DNA of 36,640 bases from Candidatus Dadabacteria bacterium (GTDB taxonomy: Bacteria > Desulfobacterota_D > UBA1144 > Nemesobacterales > UBA2774). Position numbers and translations under genes: made by a program. Shown piece after piece: positions 35,946-36,640 of the stretch (position 1 is the stretch's first letter; each line of letters opens with the position of its first letter). Location of the stretch: NCBI GenBank assembly GCA_050247635.1, contig JBFWTW010000003.1, positions 1 to 36,640 on the forward strand, given 5' to 3'. The notes below the pieces were generated by a model that was not told where the DNA came from, made no database searches, and saw nothing but the letters and a program-made list of their open reading frames with translations.

Positions 35946-36640
35946 ATGATAGATCGCAGGGATTTCTTAAAGTTTCTCGCCTTGGGCGGAACAGGGGCAG
36001 CACTTCTCAGGGGGAACCTTGCCTCGGCCGACGTTGACGCCGACACGGACGTTGAGAGACAAGCCACGTCGAATAACACGATAAACATATTGTTCGACAG
36101 CTGGAGCTCGCAGGTTATGTTTCAAAGAGAGCCGTATCGTTATCCCAGCGGCGTCAATCATCCGAAAGTAACCAAGCGCCGGCTGAATACCTTGCTCGGC
36201 GCTATCAAGAGTTACGGACTTTCCACTGGAATGGAATGGAGGGTTCGTTTCACCAAGTCCCGGATAAAGCCGAAGACCCTGGATGGGGTGGACGTGTACG
36301 TCAGCCTCACGCGTTACATCAATGAGCCCAACCCGCCGTCCAGCGGCACCGGCTTTTCCTATAGAGATTCCGAGCTTGCGGCGCTGGAGGATTTCGTCAG
36401 CCAGGGCGGGGCGGTTCTTCTTATGACAGACCACGGCGCGACCGAAAGCATTCCGAACTGGACCCAAAACGATGCCGCCCTTGCAAGCGTGTTCGGAGTT
36501 ACGCTCAGGAATATCTTTGTCACCCATACAGACCCGGATCATCCGGACCTCCGCGAGTACATGGTGATGGAGATGAATCCGGATTTGCCGGAAGATCTCA
36601 AATTTCTATCACACCAGGTCGCGCATATTTCGGCACATGA
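35946..36640 (+). CDS. Tat-exported protein of unknown function (partial, runs off the 3' edge)
   Basis: GGAGG RBS; MIDRRDFLK twin-arginine signal ending ASA; frame open to the window end; ELAALEDFVSQGGAVLLMTDH resembles class-I GATase-like/DUF4350 folds; absent from the ORF track. Confidence 0.85.
   Translation, partial: MIDRRDFLKFLALGGTGAALLRGNLASADVDADTDVERQATSNNTINILFDSWSSQVMFQREPYRYPSGVNHPKVTKRRLNTLLGAIKSYGLSTGMEWRVRFTKSRIKPKTLDGVDVYVSLTRYINEPNPPSSGTGFSYRDSELAALEDFVSQGGAVLLMTDHGATESIPNWTQNDAALASVFGVTLRNIFVTHTDPDHPDLREYMVMEMNPDLPEDLKFLSHQVAHISAH

Overview
This is a GC-rich window from a diderm bacterium with no mobile element, rRNA, tRNA or CRISPR array. It has four blocks. (1) 1-9950: a Fur-boxed iron-uptake island. 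It holds the tail of one TonB-dependent receptor, a second complete receptor with PepSY-TM and a small membrane protein, and a convergent exbB-exbD-tonB-fbpABC operon. (2) About 9950-10180: an unexplained non-coding tandem duplication of about 112 bp next to the Fur box. (3) About 10.2-26.2 kb: a general-stress-type island centred on a histidine kinase and an NtrC-family activator. It includes an AI-2E transporter, a Pro-rich peptide, a Rieske/FAD oxidoreductase, a YbaL-like antiporter, a cupredoxin lipoprotein, ChaB, cNMP-TrxB with a UBP zinc finger, CsbD, DUF3309, DUF892, an iron permease, an EEP hydrolase, YHS, BON, DUF3096 and DUF1328. The most striking signal is four sigma54 -24/-12 promoters served by three pairs of TGT-N10-ACA-type boxes, each pair with an identical 24-bp offset. 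I infer a self-contained, autoregulated sigma54-dependent general stress regulon. (4) 26.2-36.6 kb: a five-gene glycan-modification cluster and several exported proteins, ending in a truncated Tat substrate. All family assignments come from motif recognition by eye, not from database searches.
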